Positions 1 to 12,812 of a stretch of DNA of 64,000 bases are shown here, piece after piece (within the stretch, counting starts at the first letter, position 1; each line of letters begins with the position of its first letter). This stretch comes from Rhodosorus marinus CCMP1338 (Eukaryota; Plantae; Rhodophyta). Made by a program: the position numbers and the translations under genes. Location: positions 1,364,001-1,428,000 of the forward strand of contig JAMWBK010000009.1 in the NCBI GenBank assembly GCA_029953675.1, given 5' to 3'. The notes under the pieces are model-generated. The model saw nothing but the letters and a program-made list of their open reading frames with translations. It was not told where the DNA came from and did no database searches.

Positions 1-338
1 ACTGGCAATCCCACAGAGGGGTAGGAGGCACAAGAGTTTTCCAGTATTTCATCTTATAAAACTAATCTGCTCCATAATGAGCCATTCTCCAACAAAAGGT
101 ACCCGGTGGATACCTTGATGTTAAAACAACGGACCAAATGCTCAGCGGTTAGGCCGGATAAGTTGACAGACTGTCCAGTATTGGATGCTACTGAGAGGCT
201 TAGTCCGCTGGTCGTTGGGGGGCGGGGGGAGCCGTCAGCCGTTGGCAAGTTCTTGACTACTTCAATGCCTGCCGAAGCGCCTGAGGTACGATCTTGGTGT
301 AAGGATTTACTTCGAACTACGTTCGTGATGTGGTGAGA

Positions 339-1235
339 ATGTTTGGCCTTTGCATAAGCGGCAGACCTCTCATAACAGATTTTCAACAGGTATCTTCTTC
401 CGCAACAACTACGGATTTTATTTCTATGCATGAAGCTCTTCTTAGAAGTTCTGGGAACCTTGTGGAGCATCAAGGGATAACCAGGTTCACTGCAATGTGT
501 TTTTTAGCTGGATCCTTCCGTAAACTGCCAAGCGACATTGTGAAAAGAGCATGACGCAACTTGAGTTCCGGATTATGTATATCAAGGACATCAGCGGATG
601 GACTGGTTGAAGCGTGGGAATTTTGCTCGTCATTATCTCTCTCTCAATCAAGCTAATACTCAAACGCCCTCTTTGCCAGGTTGAACCGAACAAATTCGTC
701 TTCGAGGCCGCGGACGCTGATAATATTCACGAGCTTGCGTTTTTCATCCTTCCCGGAAACGTTCTACCCGATGAATATATAGCTTGTCTGTATGCATCAG
801 GTGCACCGTATGACGATTGGCTACTCGTAGGCTCTGTAACTCAAGACTCGCCGTCTACAATATCTCTCGTTCGTTGGAAGAAACCCGTTGGTGCGGGCTC
901 CAGCGCAAGGGTTAGTGTTTGTCAGGCGGACACCGAGTAGATGTTCTTGAAACCGATTTCGTGGTTTTCCCCTTTCGCAGTTTGGAGTATCTGTCGAAAC
1001 TAGAGGATCCAGCTCTGCGCTCACTGGCAACACGTTGCGCTCTACCTCGTTCACAATCGACGATACAAAAGAATTTGCCAGGGCCATTGCAACGGATCTT
1101 TTTCGATACCTTGACTCATTCGGGCATTCAGTGGGGCAGCACGCAATGACTACACTCGACAAATGGTTCCTAAGGTTTTCGTCGAAAATGGAACGTGACC
1201 CAGAGTTTTGGAAGCGGATTACAAATCGTGACTAG
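339..1235 (+). CDS. HIKESHI: Hikeshi/OPI10 family protein (3 exons: 339-389, 680-910, 981-1235)
   Basis: Spliced product MFGLCISGRPLITDFQQ|VEPNKFVFE...WLLVGSVTQDSPSTI...|FGVSVE...LDKWFLRFSSKMERDPEFW matches the N- and C-terminal motifs of the family. GT-AG introns 390-679 and 911-980 keep the frame. Confidence 0.85.
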
Positions 1236-1837
1236 TAGTCCAAGACGCTTAATGAGCTGTACTAATTACAAATGGTGTATACAGAACTGTTTTGCGGGAA
1301 AACCCGCGAAGGGAAGATCTGCTTTGCAACTAGTCACGTCGAGATTGACACACGCGCTCTGCAGCCATCATTTTCTCTTATCCAAGCAAGACTAGAGTAC
1401 TGGTAACTATCGGCCAGCGTAGCAAGAATTTCAAACTGTGAAATCGTCCTGAGTTCGGGAAAACCCAACCTTCGACTTCTGACCATTCCCCACAAGCAAG
1501 TCCACGGCAGTCGGACTGTTGCTAGAGACAACCTGTTGTTCCTCACGCTTCTGTTCCGCGATCAAAAACCCTGAGCTGTCGATGAAACTCAGCTTTCCTG
1601 CTCAGGGGTTGCAAGGCGCTCACCAAAAAGATCTCGCATGGAGCACAATACCCAATTGCCCTGCTTGCCGCACGAGTAATCGGCTTGGGTAAGGAAATAA
1701 AAAAAGCAAAAACGCGCATGCTTACCAGCGCTCGATAAAACTCATACGCTCGGCATTACCAATAAATGCCAATTTGCTCAGGAGATTCGGGTTTTTCCCC
1801 CGCGCGTGCACTTTGGCTTGACATCCGAGGTCCATGT

Positions 1838-1853
1838 CACACACACACACACC
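1838..1853. repeat. (CA)n microsatellite
   Basis: A run of about 7-8 CA units is seen directly. Confidence 0.8.
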
Positions 1854-3462
1854 TTTCCCCAAAACAAAGGTTCGACCAAGAGCCACCAAATGCCCATTGA
1901 CATTTGCCCTCGCTATCCCCTGGGATACTCATTTTAAATTCGATTGGGACCTATTCCAGAACTCTACGTACAGTCAAGCCCTAACAAGCTCTGTCGAAAA
2001 CAATGTTTAAGTGTTGTCCTAAAATTTACGTATGTTATGGTGAATTAGCTCTATTTAACACCCCCTCCCCCTCCCCCTCACTTGCGCTTTTGAAGTCTCT
2101 TCGACGAGAAAGGAGAAGATTAGAAGCTAAGTAGAAAAAACTGACCAAAGGAAATCCCCCCGATTTCTTATGTTGTTATATTTTTGGACATAGTAACAAA
2201 CCAAATCTATTTCCTTCAAAAAAAGGAACCTATTGCCCTGCGTCAAAAACAACCCTTTTTTATTATTCTTAATCGGCATCAACCTATGATGATTCTTGAC
2301 TGACTGACAAGGATTAAAAAACTTTTTCAACAATCCTGCTGTTTGGGGTTTTTACCAATAAAACATGGCAAAACTAAATCGGAAAAACGCAAAAAAAGAA
2401 ACAGAGAGAGAACAGTATAAAAAAACAAAAAACGTAGAGGGATTCTTAACTCTTGACTACAAAGGGAAAAAAACAAACTTTGATCATTCCCGATGACTTC
2501 CCCCCCCCCCTTCGGCCCCCCGTCCTCCTCCCAGCCTCCCCTCTCGCCCGACACGATTGAGAAATTTTTTTTCCCTGGGTGACGGATTGGTGTTCGGATA
2601 TGACGCTTTGGTAGAACTTTTCTCCCCTTTTTTCTATTTTTCTCCTCTGAACTTAATGCCGGATCCCAAAAAAGGGGGTTTTCGATTGAATTGTGAGAGC
2701 AATGTTCGATGTCTATGTTTTTTCTTTTGAAAAAACTGAAAGTTGATGTTTGTATATTCGTGAAAAATAAGAGGTTTGGGGTCTATTTCTAGTTTAAACG
2801 AAAGTTTTCACACTGCTTAGAATAAGTTTTAAAAGGGGGGTATGAAATATAGTATAGCTGTCGTCGGTTCTTCTCTGCGTAGCTCCGTTGAGCGTTTTTC
2901 CTCGAGCAGAACCTCGCGCTTTAGGGGGCGTAGAAAGAGCTGTGATTTTGTTGACTTCCTTTTCAGCTCTTTCGTGAAGGGTATGTCAGTTGAGGTAGTT
3001 TGCACTTTGTTGGAGGGCGGGAGGGGGCCGAGGGGTTGGATTGGAGTGGGTAGTTTCGGCAAGCTTTGAGGCCGACGCGATGTTTGGTTTGGTTTTTAGT
3101 CACAAGTAGAGGCCAAAGTTGTTGAATCTCTTTGTGGATTTGAGGAGTAAGTATCCGCAACTCGCCGGTTTGTGTTTGTGGTTGAGAAGGCCTGCTTATT
3201 TTTGGGAGGTCGAGATACTGGATTGAGGGAACTCGCCGCGGTGGGTAAGTTAAGGTGAGCACTCTTTGTTTGGTCCTGAGAGGATCTGTTGGAAGTGTAG
3301 GTAACGATGTATTTTGTGATGAGAACGGGAATCTAGCTGGTTGGGGAAGCGGTGATTTGCCTTACGTTGCGCTGGAAGTTGGGAGCACCAACCTTTCTTT
3401 GTTGTTGGGTTGGGTCGAATCGGTTTCGATTCAGGTTTGGCCCGTCCCTGTCGTGACGCTGA

Positions 3463-6175
3463 ATGGTAAGCTTTAGCTTAGCGCGGCAGATTAGACGGCC
3501 AAAGCCGAAGGCCGCGCCAAATCATGGCCGGAACTATGCCCGGTCAGCGTATCCCGCAGGGGATGACAGCGAAGAAGCTAATCAGAGAGGACAAAACAAT
3601 GCAGCCATTTGGGCTTGTCTTTCGGTCTTGCTACCTGTACTTTCTGTGGGAATCAACGCGCAGGTGCTGCTTGTACTTGCAGTATGCTTGCCATTCGGTC
3701 TTTGGCTGTACAGGAGTAATCGGATAGCCGTTGACTACCTGGATCATGATGGAGACTTCACCCTCTCCCAGCGACTGGCGTACAGGGTGGACTACTCTTT
3801 TTCCGTCGTTCCGTACGTGAAGGCTGTGACCTTGATGATCCTCACGGGGGCTCTGATCATGTCCTCCGGGATGGCGATCTATCTCACTTCGGATGACTCC
3901 TTGGCAGAGTCTTTATGGGAAGCTACGGCTGGGGTGGGCTTGGATTGGACATTTGTAGGAGATGACGATTCGTCTTCATATCGTGTTCGCACAATCGGAG
4001 TTTTGACAAACATAGGTGGTCTGGTGGTTACCGCATTATTGCTCGGGATTGTCTCCGACGCTGTTTCCATGTACCTGGATAACTTGAGGAAGGGCTCATG
4101 CAGAGTGGTTGAGAATAATTTCACGCTGGTCATTGGGTACGTTCTATAATTCCAATGTTAATCGTGGCTATGGATCGAGGTCTGATCTGTTGAAACTTTG
4201 TCCCTTCCTTGTCCCAGGTGGAGCAGTAAAACGATTCCAATGATTGAACAGATTGCAAAGGCGAACATATCGGAGAAAGGAGGTGTTGTAGTCATCCTAG
4301 CAGAACGGCCGAAGGAGGAGATTGAAGTTGATATATCTGCAAACGAGAGTAAGATAGGGGCGCTTGGCACTCGTGTAGTATGTCGCGCGGGTTCTGCGCT
4401 CACACTAAGTGATCTGCGAAAAGTTTCCGTGAGCAACGCGAGATCAATTGTAGTTCTCGCGGATCCGTTTGTTTCTGAGGACCAGTCGGATGTTCGAAGC
4501 ATTCGGATCTTGCTGAGCATAATCTCCGCGTTGAAATCGAACGAGGACAAGAAGCCGCGCCCATCGTCCCTGAAGGTGACTGTTGAAGTGTGCAATTCGG
4601 AGAACGCACCGCTGATCAGATCGATCGACCCTTCGCTTATTGAACCGGTTATCGCGAACGGGGTTATCGGGAGGCTGTTGGTTCATACTGCGAGACAGCC
4701 AGAAGTCGAATCTGTCTGGGAGACATTGTTAGGATTCGATGATTGCGAATTTTATTTTCAGAACTGGCCTGATGTCGAGAACCTTACTTTTGGGGAAGTA
4801 CTGTATCGGTTCCGAGAGGCAGTACCACTAGGAATTCGCAGAGAAGGAAAAGGTACGAACAGTAACTCTCCGGAATTTGCGATGGCCGAAAGTCAAGGCT
4901 GTCTTCCGCTAAATCCGGAGAACGCTGCTCTGAATTTTCGTTCCTCTTGGAAATCGTAGGGTCCGTCATTCTAAATCCAACGGACGACACACTCATTGAG
5001 AGGGGAGACGAAATCCTCGTCTTAGCTGAGGATGATGATTCCTACGTCCCAGAGAAGCTCTCGCTGTTCGAACCCGACCACTATTCTGAGGATGATCTTA
5101 ACAGCTCTCTGACTGACATTTTTCAGAAGAAATCTAAGAGCATGTCAATGAGACCAGCACGTTTTAAGAAGCTTCTCATTGGATGGCGTAGGGATATTGC
5201 CAACCTTGTGCAAGTACTCGACAAGGTATGTTGGGATTTTACGGGCTGTTGCCGGTTCAACCCCGAGGGGCTGAACTAACTAGCCGCTTCGTACTTCGAA
5301 CCTGCAGCTCCTTCTACCAGGAAGCGAATTCCACATTCTCTCCGACCTACCTGTAGAGTTTCGAGAGCGCTATCTCTTAAGGGCTACGGGCGGGGTGGCT
5401 GATCCCTCCTCACATCTGAAGGTGGTCCATCACGTTGGCGATGCGAAGACTCGAAAGGACCTTGAGAAGCTAGACTTGGCTTCCTATTCTAGCATAGTGG
5501 TCTCAACCTTTGCTGGGGATGCGCAGCAAATTAACGTTGAAGACAGAGACTCACAATCCATCGTCACGCTTCTGCTGGTGCAGGAGATCTTGAAGACGTC
5601 CCCTTCCACTCAGGTGCGAAGGGTGAAACCCCTCCGCATACCGAGAGGCGATGTTTCTCAGTCTCCAAAGTTGTTCTCCCTCTTCAACAGGATGTTGTCG
5701 TTGTGGGAGAGATTCAAGATCCTAGGTCACGTAGAATGATCCTGGACAGTAGCATGGCGCAGGCTATTATTGCAACTAACGATCTCATTGCGAAATCTCT
5801 GGCTATGGTTTCGGAGGACAGTCATGTGAACAGAGTGCTTGAAGATCTTTTTAACGTCAGCGGAAATGAGGTAGGTCGAGCGTGAAGATTCGGCTTTTTC
5901 CTGACGGAGTTTTGATTTTAGAGGGCGTTTCGCTTTTCTGTTAGATACAAGTCGTTGACTGCTCTCTGTACATCAAGAACGGAGAAGTGCTATCATTCTT
6001 CGAAGTAATGAATAGAGTTCGAAGCGCTCGAAGTATTGCCATTGGATATCGGCGAGGGAACGGGGAGCTCAAGCTGAACCCTGAGGACAAGCTTGTCCCA
6101 CTAACATGGACGAAGCTGGATCGACTAGTCACCTTATCTTACATGGAGCAAGACTTTGACTTGCCGGAAATTTAG
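3463..6175 (+). CDS. CASTOR/POLLUX/DMI1-family cation channel (TM pore plus RCK domains), about 6 exons; start uncertain
   Basis: Motifs GGLVVTALLLGIVSDAV..LDNLRKG..RVVENNFTLVIGW, GGVVVILAERPKEEIEVDI, VVCRAGS...DLRKVSVSNARSIVVLA, QSDVRSIR, ETLLGFDDCEFY, LNPTDDTLIERGDEILVLAEDDD and VLEDLFNVSGNE. Introns near 4137-4218, 4852-4959, 5226-5308, 5594-5690 and 5871-5944. Confidence 0.85.
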
Positions 6176-7176
6176 CCCAGGGAGGGTTACTAGAGTTGCC
6201 AACTAACTTTATTCTTTTGAGTATTATCACACAAAGGCCGAGAGCAGATACCGTTTCTTCGGTTTGTTTTTTTTTCATTCGGTGGTTGTTAGCCCCTTTG
6301 CCGTCAATAACTCTCCATTTGAGCGTGCAAGAAGCATCAATATATAGGAGCACCTACTTCAGCATGAAACTAGACCAGATATTAACATGAAGCCTTTCAT
6401 CATGTCCCCTGGACCACTTTGTATCTTTCCAAACTAGCCGCAAGACAACATCCCTCTGCAGCAAGGAGTCGATCCAAAAAAATCTGACCAATCTGAACGA
6501 TGCTAAAAAAGGACGTCTGGGGGAACAAAATATCATAGATTTAGTCCTTGTATTGAATAAATATAATATGAAGGGCTTATTGTAGATCCTGTTTAGGGAA
6601 TATCTGGTCCTTTATTGTCTGAAGGTGTTTGTTTTAATGTTTTTGGATTGTCGGAGAGGAAAGCTCAAAGCTTGCGGGGGATTGAAGGTTGATCAGCTGT
6701 GTGAGCGACAACACGTCTGAACCTTTAGAGTGATATTCAGTGAACTTGAAGGACGACACGTCTATTTTTAAAGGGTCACAGATTGATCTGGGATATTGCT
6801 AAGGTGTTTGCGAGGGCTCACAAGTTTCGTCAGAGTCGGATAGGTCCTTGGGGGAGGTAGGATTGGCTTCGCTAGGATCGATCCCTGTGCGCTTATCAAC
6901 TGCTCAGGCGGGCATTTGGATGGCTTTTGTGAGAAAAGTTTGTTGACGAATTGGATAGAGGACAGACATCACTAGAGGCCTCGCGATTTTTGCTGTTTGT
7001 TGAGAAGGAAGAAACCCGTTTACCGATTTTGATTTTTTTGTTTGGAGTGTGCTGCTTGGACTCGAGTTGCCGTGCGATTTTTATATCTGAGAGGCGGATT
7101 TGGGGAGTGCCTCGAGTGATTCACTGGAGAAATGACGACTCCTAACTTTTCTCCCAGATGGAACGGAGATGATCCA

Positions 7177-8468
7177 ATGGGAAATTCGAACGTAAGCGCG
7201 AGAATTAAAGACCATGAGCCCGTTTTCGGATGGTCTCTGACTAAAAGACCGTGTCTATGTGGTCTCTGTTTCGTAGCGGTCCATCCTGGTTCAGTTTCGA
7301 GCTGGTAGATGCAAGGTTGAAGGAACAACCATCACTCCGGATACACGGAAGGGAATATTTCGAATAATCCAGGTAGTTCAACCCTTCTTTGGCATAATGC
7401 TGTAGCAAGTAGGAGATGTTTGTGCTGGGCTCAGATTCGCTCCCGCATATTGAAACACGATAGGATGAACAGCACTTGAAACATGTTCAATGGATTGATA
7501 GATCCAATGGACTCATCGAAGAAGACTATTTCACATTTTCGGATGTTGACTTGGAGAGAATTGCCCAGAGCAGTGGCCGAGTCTTCCTGCTCCGGTGGAG
7601 GGACAGGAGCAACAAATTGTTCTTTTGGATGCAGGAAACGAATGCCGAGAAAGACGAGGACCATTTTCTTTTGATTCGCCAGGCTCTGAATGGACCAGAG
7701 GTATTGTTACTCTCATCCGCCGTTCCGCTAGCGCAAAGGCGCTCAGGATACGATAATTTTTGCTTTAGGCTGGACAGACGGAGGAGCCTGGCCCCGAGGA
7801 TCCTTCTGGAGCAGTCTCTACCCCCGCTGCAACTCCAGCAGCGGATGAAACCAACAGTGGACAGCAGACAGCTCCATCTCAACTGACCACCGAGCAGCTT
7901 CAGTACATTTTGGAGAACATGAACCCTCAAGTGTCTGGTTTGGACATTCCGTCGGTTGCTGAACTCCTGAGTCCGGAAGTGGTCCTCCCCATGCTACGCG
8001 ATCCAGCGATTGAACAGGTATGCTAGTACAGTAGCTTACGGTGCAACTCTACGTATCTCTCTGACTGAAAATTCGCTTCTTCCTCTCATAGTCTTTGCAG
8101 TCACTCGTGCAGCACCTCCCTGAGGACGACTCATCCCCGGAAGCTGTCGCAGAACTTCTGAGCAGTCCTCAGTTCCGTCAGCAAGTAGCTGCACTCTCAC
8201 AGGCGTTACAATCAGGTCAAGCTGTAAGCGCCGATCACCATAGGACCCAGTCACTTCCTATCCTCCGTACGAACTACTGACAAATCCGAGCATCCATATC
8301 GTCAATCGTCTTCAATACCCCCGCCAGGGCGAACTCTTGAGGTCTTTCGGAATTGACGCGCAATCCAACGAATCTGGAATGGTTGCGCTGCTGCAGGGTC
8401 TTTTGAGATATCATGCTCAAACTAGAAGTATGAATCCTTCAGAAGACAACCCCATGGACGAAACCTAG
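7177..8468 (+). CDS. RPN13: Proteasomal ubiquitin receptor Rpn13/ADRM1, multi-exon
   Basis: Exons read ILVQFRAGRCKVEGTTITPDTRKGIFRIIQ, HVQWIDRS..IEEDYFTF, SSGRVFLLRW...KLFFWMQE (Pru domain) and LLSSPQFRQQVAALSQALQSG (DEUBAD domain). Confidence 0.85.
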
Positions 8469-9017
8469 GACACACTGGAAGACTTGGACTCTGGCCTCAA
8501 CCCAAGCCTTTTTCCTAAAAAACAACGACGGCATTATAAAAAAAAACGAAATACGACAATTTTGGGACAAGCTGTCTCAATCAATAGCCAAACATATGTT
8601 CTGTGTATTTTGTTTACCCAATTAATTCAGAGGTATAAAAAATATGATCTTAAATTGGAGTTTATGATACTTTATTGGATAACATAAGGTCAAGTTTGGT
8701 TTCTTCATCTGCTATTGGTCCGTTTAGGTTCTTATGTTGTTGACTGTTTTACTAGCATTGCCATTTAAGAGATTTGGGGTTGGGGAGTGTGGGTTTGGTG
8801 CAGGGTGAGCGTGATTGAGTAGCTATGGACCTGATGGTCCTGATGATGTTCTGAAAGAATTACTGGATTATTTGGAAGGAATGAAGCACCAAGGTATGTG
8901 ATTTTTCAGGGTTTGCTGCATTGCTGGTTCTGCAATGCAGAGTGTATCTGACGAATGACTTGAGAGGTGAAGGGTCGATGATCATGGACTGAAATACCTC
9001 TCCAAGCGTACGTCATC

Positions 9018-10596
9018 ATGGATACTAGTACTCGAACTAGCACGTCATCTGCTCCTGAGATGGTACAAGAGGCGCTTGCGGAAATCGATCGACAGTTGGG
9101 AGTGGAGGCGGGGTATATGAAATTCACAGTATAGAAAGGACCATGAACGCTGCCGCCAGAGCGGCACATTCCACAAATGCTTTGGAAGAATTCGTGTCTG
9201 CTGCTAATGTGATGCTAGATGAAAACCGTCGAGCTGGGGCCCAGTTCGTTGGAATAGACTCGTGGTAGGAATCAAAGCCGTAGCATGAGCAATACAACAC
9301 CAGGCCATCCGCTGACTAGTTCGATATTAACTGTGTTACGACTAACTAGCTTAACGAAGCCATTCAAAAGCTTCTCTCCGCGATGGATGAAGTTCGCGGT
9401 GAAAACGATGCGTTGGACACGATCTCGGAAAAGGCCAAGAGCGTAACAGACGAAGCCTCAGTCGCGCACTCGCGGGCACATAGGCTAATGACGACAAGAG
9501 TCAAACTAGAGAACACCTTGGCCGTTTTACAGAGGTTCTGCATCCGCATCACGCGTTCCATAAGGTTTTATTATCTGAAGCATATTTCTGAAACTAGATT
9601 CGAACGCCCCAGTACCAGGAGAATTGTCCGGCTCAACAAAAAGCCACGTGGGCTATGGAAGCCGAAAGATTCCACTCCGCGATTGGAATAATCTTTGTTT
9701 TGAGAGCTGAGGGGGTGCATGCAGCTCGTGAAATCGCTTTGGCAAGGCAGTCGGAGCCTGCCCTCAGCACGAACGCAGAGGCACTCTTCTCCAAGGCCGT
9801 GGCTGATGGAGAGGGTATGATTCAGGAATGGAGCTAGCTCAGACAAGAATATTGCGAGACAGCTTCGTTGCACCGTTGTATGCTTCGATGCGGGAAATAG
9901 GAAACTTAGCACTGAACTGCAGGAGCACTAACCGCTGGCTACCGGAGGTTAGTCGAATTCTTTTCCTGCAAGCGTCATACTCTCATTTGCAAGTTCTGGA
10001 TCCCAAGAGTGACTTTCTTCGGTAAATTGTCTCCTTCAGGTTCGCACAGGCTCCAAACTTGAGCCCCAGCAAAGTGATGCTGGGAACCTATTATAAAGAT
10101 TGTTCCTCTGGACTGTCCTCCTGGTAAAATCAGGCCTGGGGTAACTGGAAGACTTCAGGGAGGAATTTTTTTTCGTCACTGCCTGACAGTCATTTTGTTC
10201 GTGCCACCGCCTGTACACTATCGAAGACCACCACAACGAAGCTGAATGCAAGTGAAGTTTTCGTAGTGAGGAAGAGGCCAGCAGCTCGGAGTCCTTACGA
10301 GATCGATTGCCGGGAGTCCTTGGTTCCTTTCTCGCGCCAGAAGCATTGTCGAGATACCTGTCAACATCACCGACTCTGTCCAAGTACGTTGGCCCATAGG
10401 GATTGATACCAGACCTCGAGATCCACAATTGCTGGGAGGATTCCCAGGCCACGTTGTGGAAATATCTCAACGAGCTGAAGGCGAGGAGAAAAGCGGTGCT
10501 ATTCCTGTAATCAACAAAGTAATAGAATCTCTGCGGAGTCTTCAAATGAATGTTGACAAGCTGCAGAGGTTCCTTGAAGCGTTCTCGAGTGGATGA
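9018..10596 (+). CDS. Hypothetical multi-exon helical/coiled-coil protein
   Basis: A series of GT-AG-bounded open segments (MDTSTRTSTSSAPEMVQEALAEIDRQL; LNEAIQKLLSAMDEVRG...LENTLAVLQR; EEEASSSESLRDRLPG; VINKVIESLRSLQMNVDKLQRFLEAFSSG*). The full exon structure is unresolved. Confidence 0.4.
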
Positions 10597-11103
10597 CCAA
10601 AATGTACATATCGAAGTTTTGTTATTTGACTTTCAATCCAATTCCCCCTTCTTTCCCGACACAGCCCCTCTGCACAGCCGTCAGAGGCAGGGAGACAATT
10701 GCCTATTTATTTAGTAAGCTCAAAACTAGTGACACAAACGCGGGAGCTCGTAGATGAATGATCTGATTGCTGCGATTTTCTTTGCAATCGATTTCGGGAG
10801 TCGTGAAGGCCTATCGCCGAGAGAGATTAACCTGCGTCTGCGCACGAGTAGTATACTCTCGACTGCTTGTTTAAAAAAATATTAACTGATTCAGACGAAC
10901 GCTCCGCATCTTGACTAGTGCCACATGGCCGAGCTTTAAACAGACCGACGGCACTCTTTAGCAAGAGCAATCCAAGGCGCATGGGCTCGATTAGGAGGAT
11001 GTCAACAGCTGGTTTCCACGAGGATTGTCAAACTCTCGGTCACCAAAGGACAGTAGTTGCAGAGCGAGCGTGGATTGAAAAGGGTGTCAACCTGGTCTAG
11101 CAG

Positions 11104-12157
11104 TTAGTTTTTGAAAGCTTTCTTCGATGCAGACTCTCTCGCTTTCTCCTTCTTCTTTTTGTTCTTCGTCTCCTGATTTGGTTTTCTCTTTTTGCCTAAT
11201 CGATTACCGTAGGCAGATCGCGTGGCCCCGTTTAGTGGAGGTTTAACTTGAAATTTTTGCTGGTCTTCAGTCAACACACCTGCATGTGTTTCCGTAGGTT
11301 CTCTGGGGGAAGGAACGTCCCGAGCATCCCGTACCCAGAAGGATTCTTCTTCGTCTTGCTCGCCAGGGTCATTATCAAGATCCATGTCTCCATTGGCTTC
11401 CAAGGTTTCCTTCTCCTCAGGACCTGGCCAGAAAAACTCAAATGTTGAGATGCCGGCTTGGGGTCACATCCATTGGATATGTTTCTCCTGTCGCTAGCTT
11501 ACTACTGGAATCCAAATCAGAACAAGGGTCTGGCGGCTCAGATACGTTTTTCAGCTTTTTCGCCTCGTGCTGCCTGAGGAAGTGTTTGTAGCGCCTGCCG
11601 TTCTTGTGATGCAATATCTTCGAAATGAGGGACACAAAAAGAATGGGAGCTTTCAGTGTCAAACTAAGTGGCAATTAATCTGTGAACGCCAGCTTGGGTG
11701 ATACCTCAGTTCTTCTCCTGTTTAAGGCCTGGCCAGTCAGCGAGCAAAAGACATGAGTGTCGGGTCGCTTCGAGTCGATCTTGAAAAATGGACCAAACTC
11801 AGTCATATCCAACCCCTCATTATCCAGCTTCGAGCGGGCTCTCCTGATTGCTTTTCCGTTCCAGTAGTTGTTCACAGCCTCCAAGCTCATCGGCAACTCA
11901 TGTCCTGTCAAAGTGCAGATTACCTATTCCATCCGGTTCACAGAGGTCAAACCGATTTCAAGACCAGAGAGACAGAGAGCAATCGAGTATTTCCAAGCAA
12001 AAAAAACGGCCTTCCCTCCCCGAACATCAGCAGCAGCAAAACGAAACCAAAAAAACAGCAGGTTTTTCTTTTTTGGTTCTATCCATCATACCTTGCCATC
12101 TTTAACCTCAGCCTCCTGTTTATGGGACTCCAAAAAAGCCTTAATCGACGGATCCAT
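11104..12157 (-). CDS. SURF2: Surfeit locus protein 2 (SURF2), multi-exon
   Basis: MDPSIKAFLESHKQEAEVKDGK|VICTLTGHELP...YWNGKAIRRA...HVFCSLTGQALNR...HKNGRRYK, followed by an acidic, Lys-rich tail containing EEESFWV. Confidence 0.8.
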
Positions 12158-12812
12158 AACAGTCAGGTTTATTTTCCAGTATTGATTGTCCTCAAAAAAA
12201 AAAAGCGAACAGTCCCTTCCTCCCGGACGCCATCCACTCCAGACCTTTCCAGGTCTTTCATTCTCCCCGACGCCCTCAGAAATTCAATAAATTGTTCGTT
12301 CAGTATTGCGGTTTTTAATAGGTTTTGTAACCAATCTTATTTAAGTGTCACCAGTTTCGATCACCGCCGGTGTCCGTTGCTGGTTTTCTTTCTTCTCGCT
12401 CCAACTTATCGTTTGTACATTGACCAGGGGGTTTTGGGGGGGTTCGCTCTAGTAGAATCGATAATGAAAACGAACTAGTTTTTATTGGAAAATCTGCGGA
12501 TGGAAACCGCATCGCTCAATCGTTTGGTGGAACGCTTCGCGGCAGCGTGATACCGCTGCCGCAAAGTTTTGGATTAAGGGTGCCCCCGCAGAAGCAGTTC
12601 GATTTATATAACACGAGAAAGAAATCGACATCCTCTGTGTTTTCGCTACCACAGTATTTCATCCATGCCCTATACCCACGTCCTATTCGTTGTTCCTATG
12701 CAATGAGTTTTTCGGGTCCGTTCAAGACGGAACTCATCCCCTAGACGCATAAAAAAGGCTCTTATTGAAATGTTCTTCTGGCGAATAATATCTCATTCTT
12801 CAAAACTCATTT

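Noticed and set aside
2842-3462. Extra 5' exons or transit peptide for the channel gene
   Set aside because: Several strong donors and a Ser/Arg-rich ORF are present, but no unambiguous in-frame thread to 3463 was found.
11753-12478. 241-aa plus-strand ORF
   Set aside because: Antisense to SURF2 exons, intron and promoter, with low-complexity composition.
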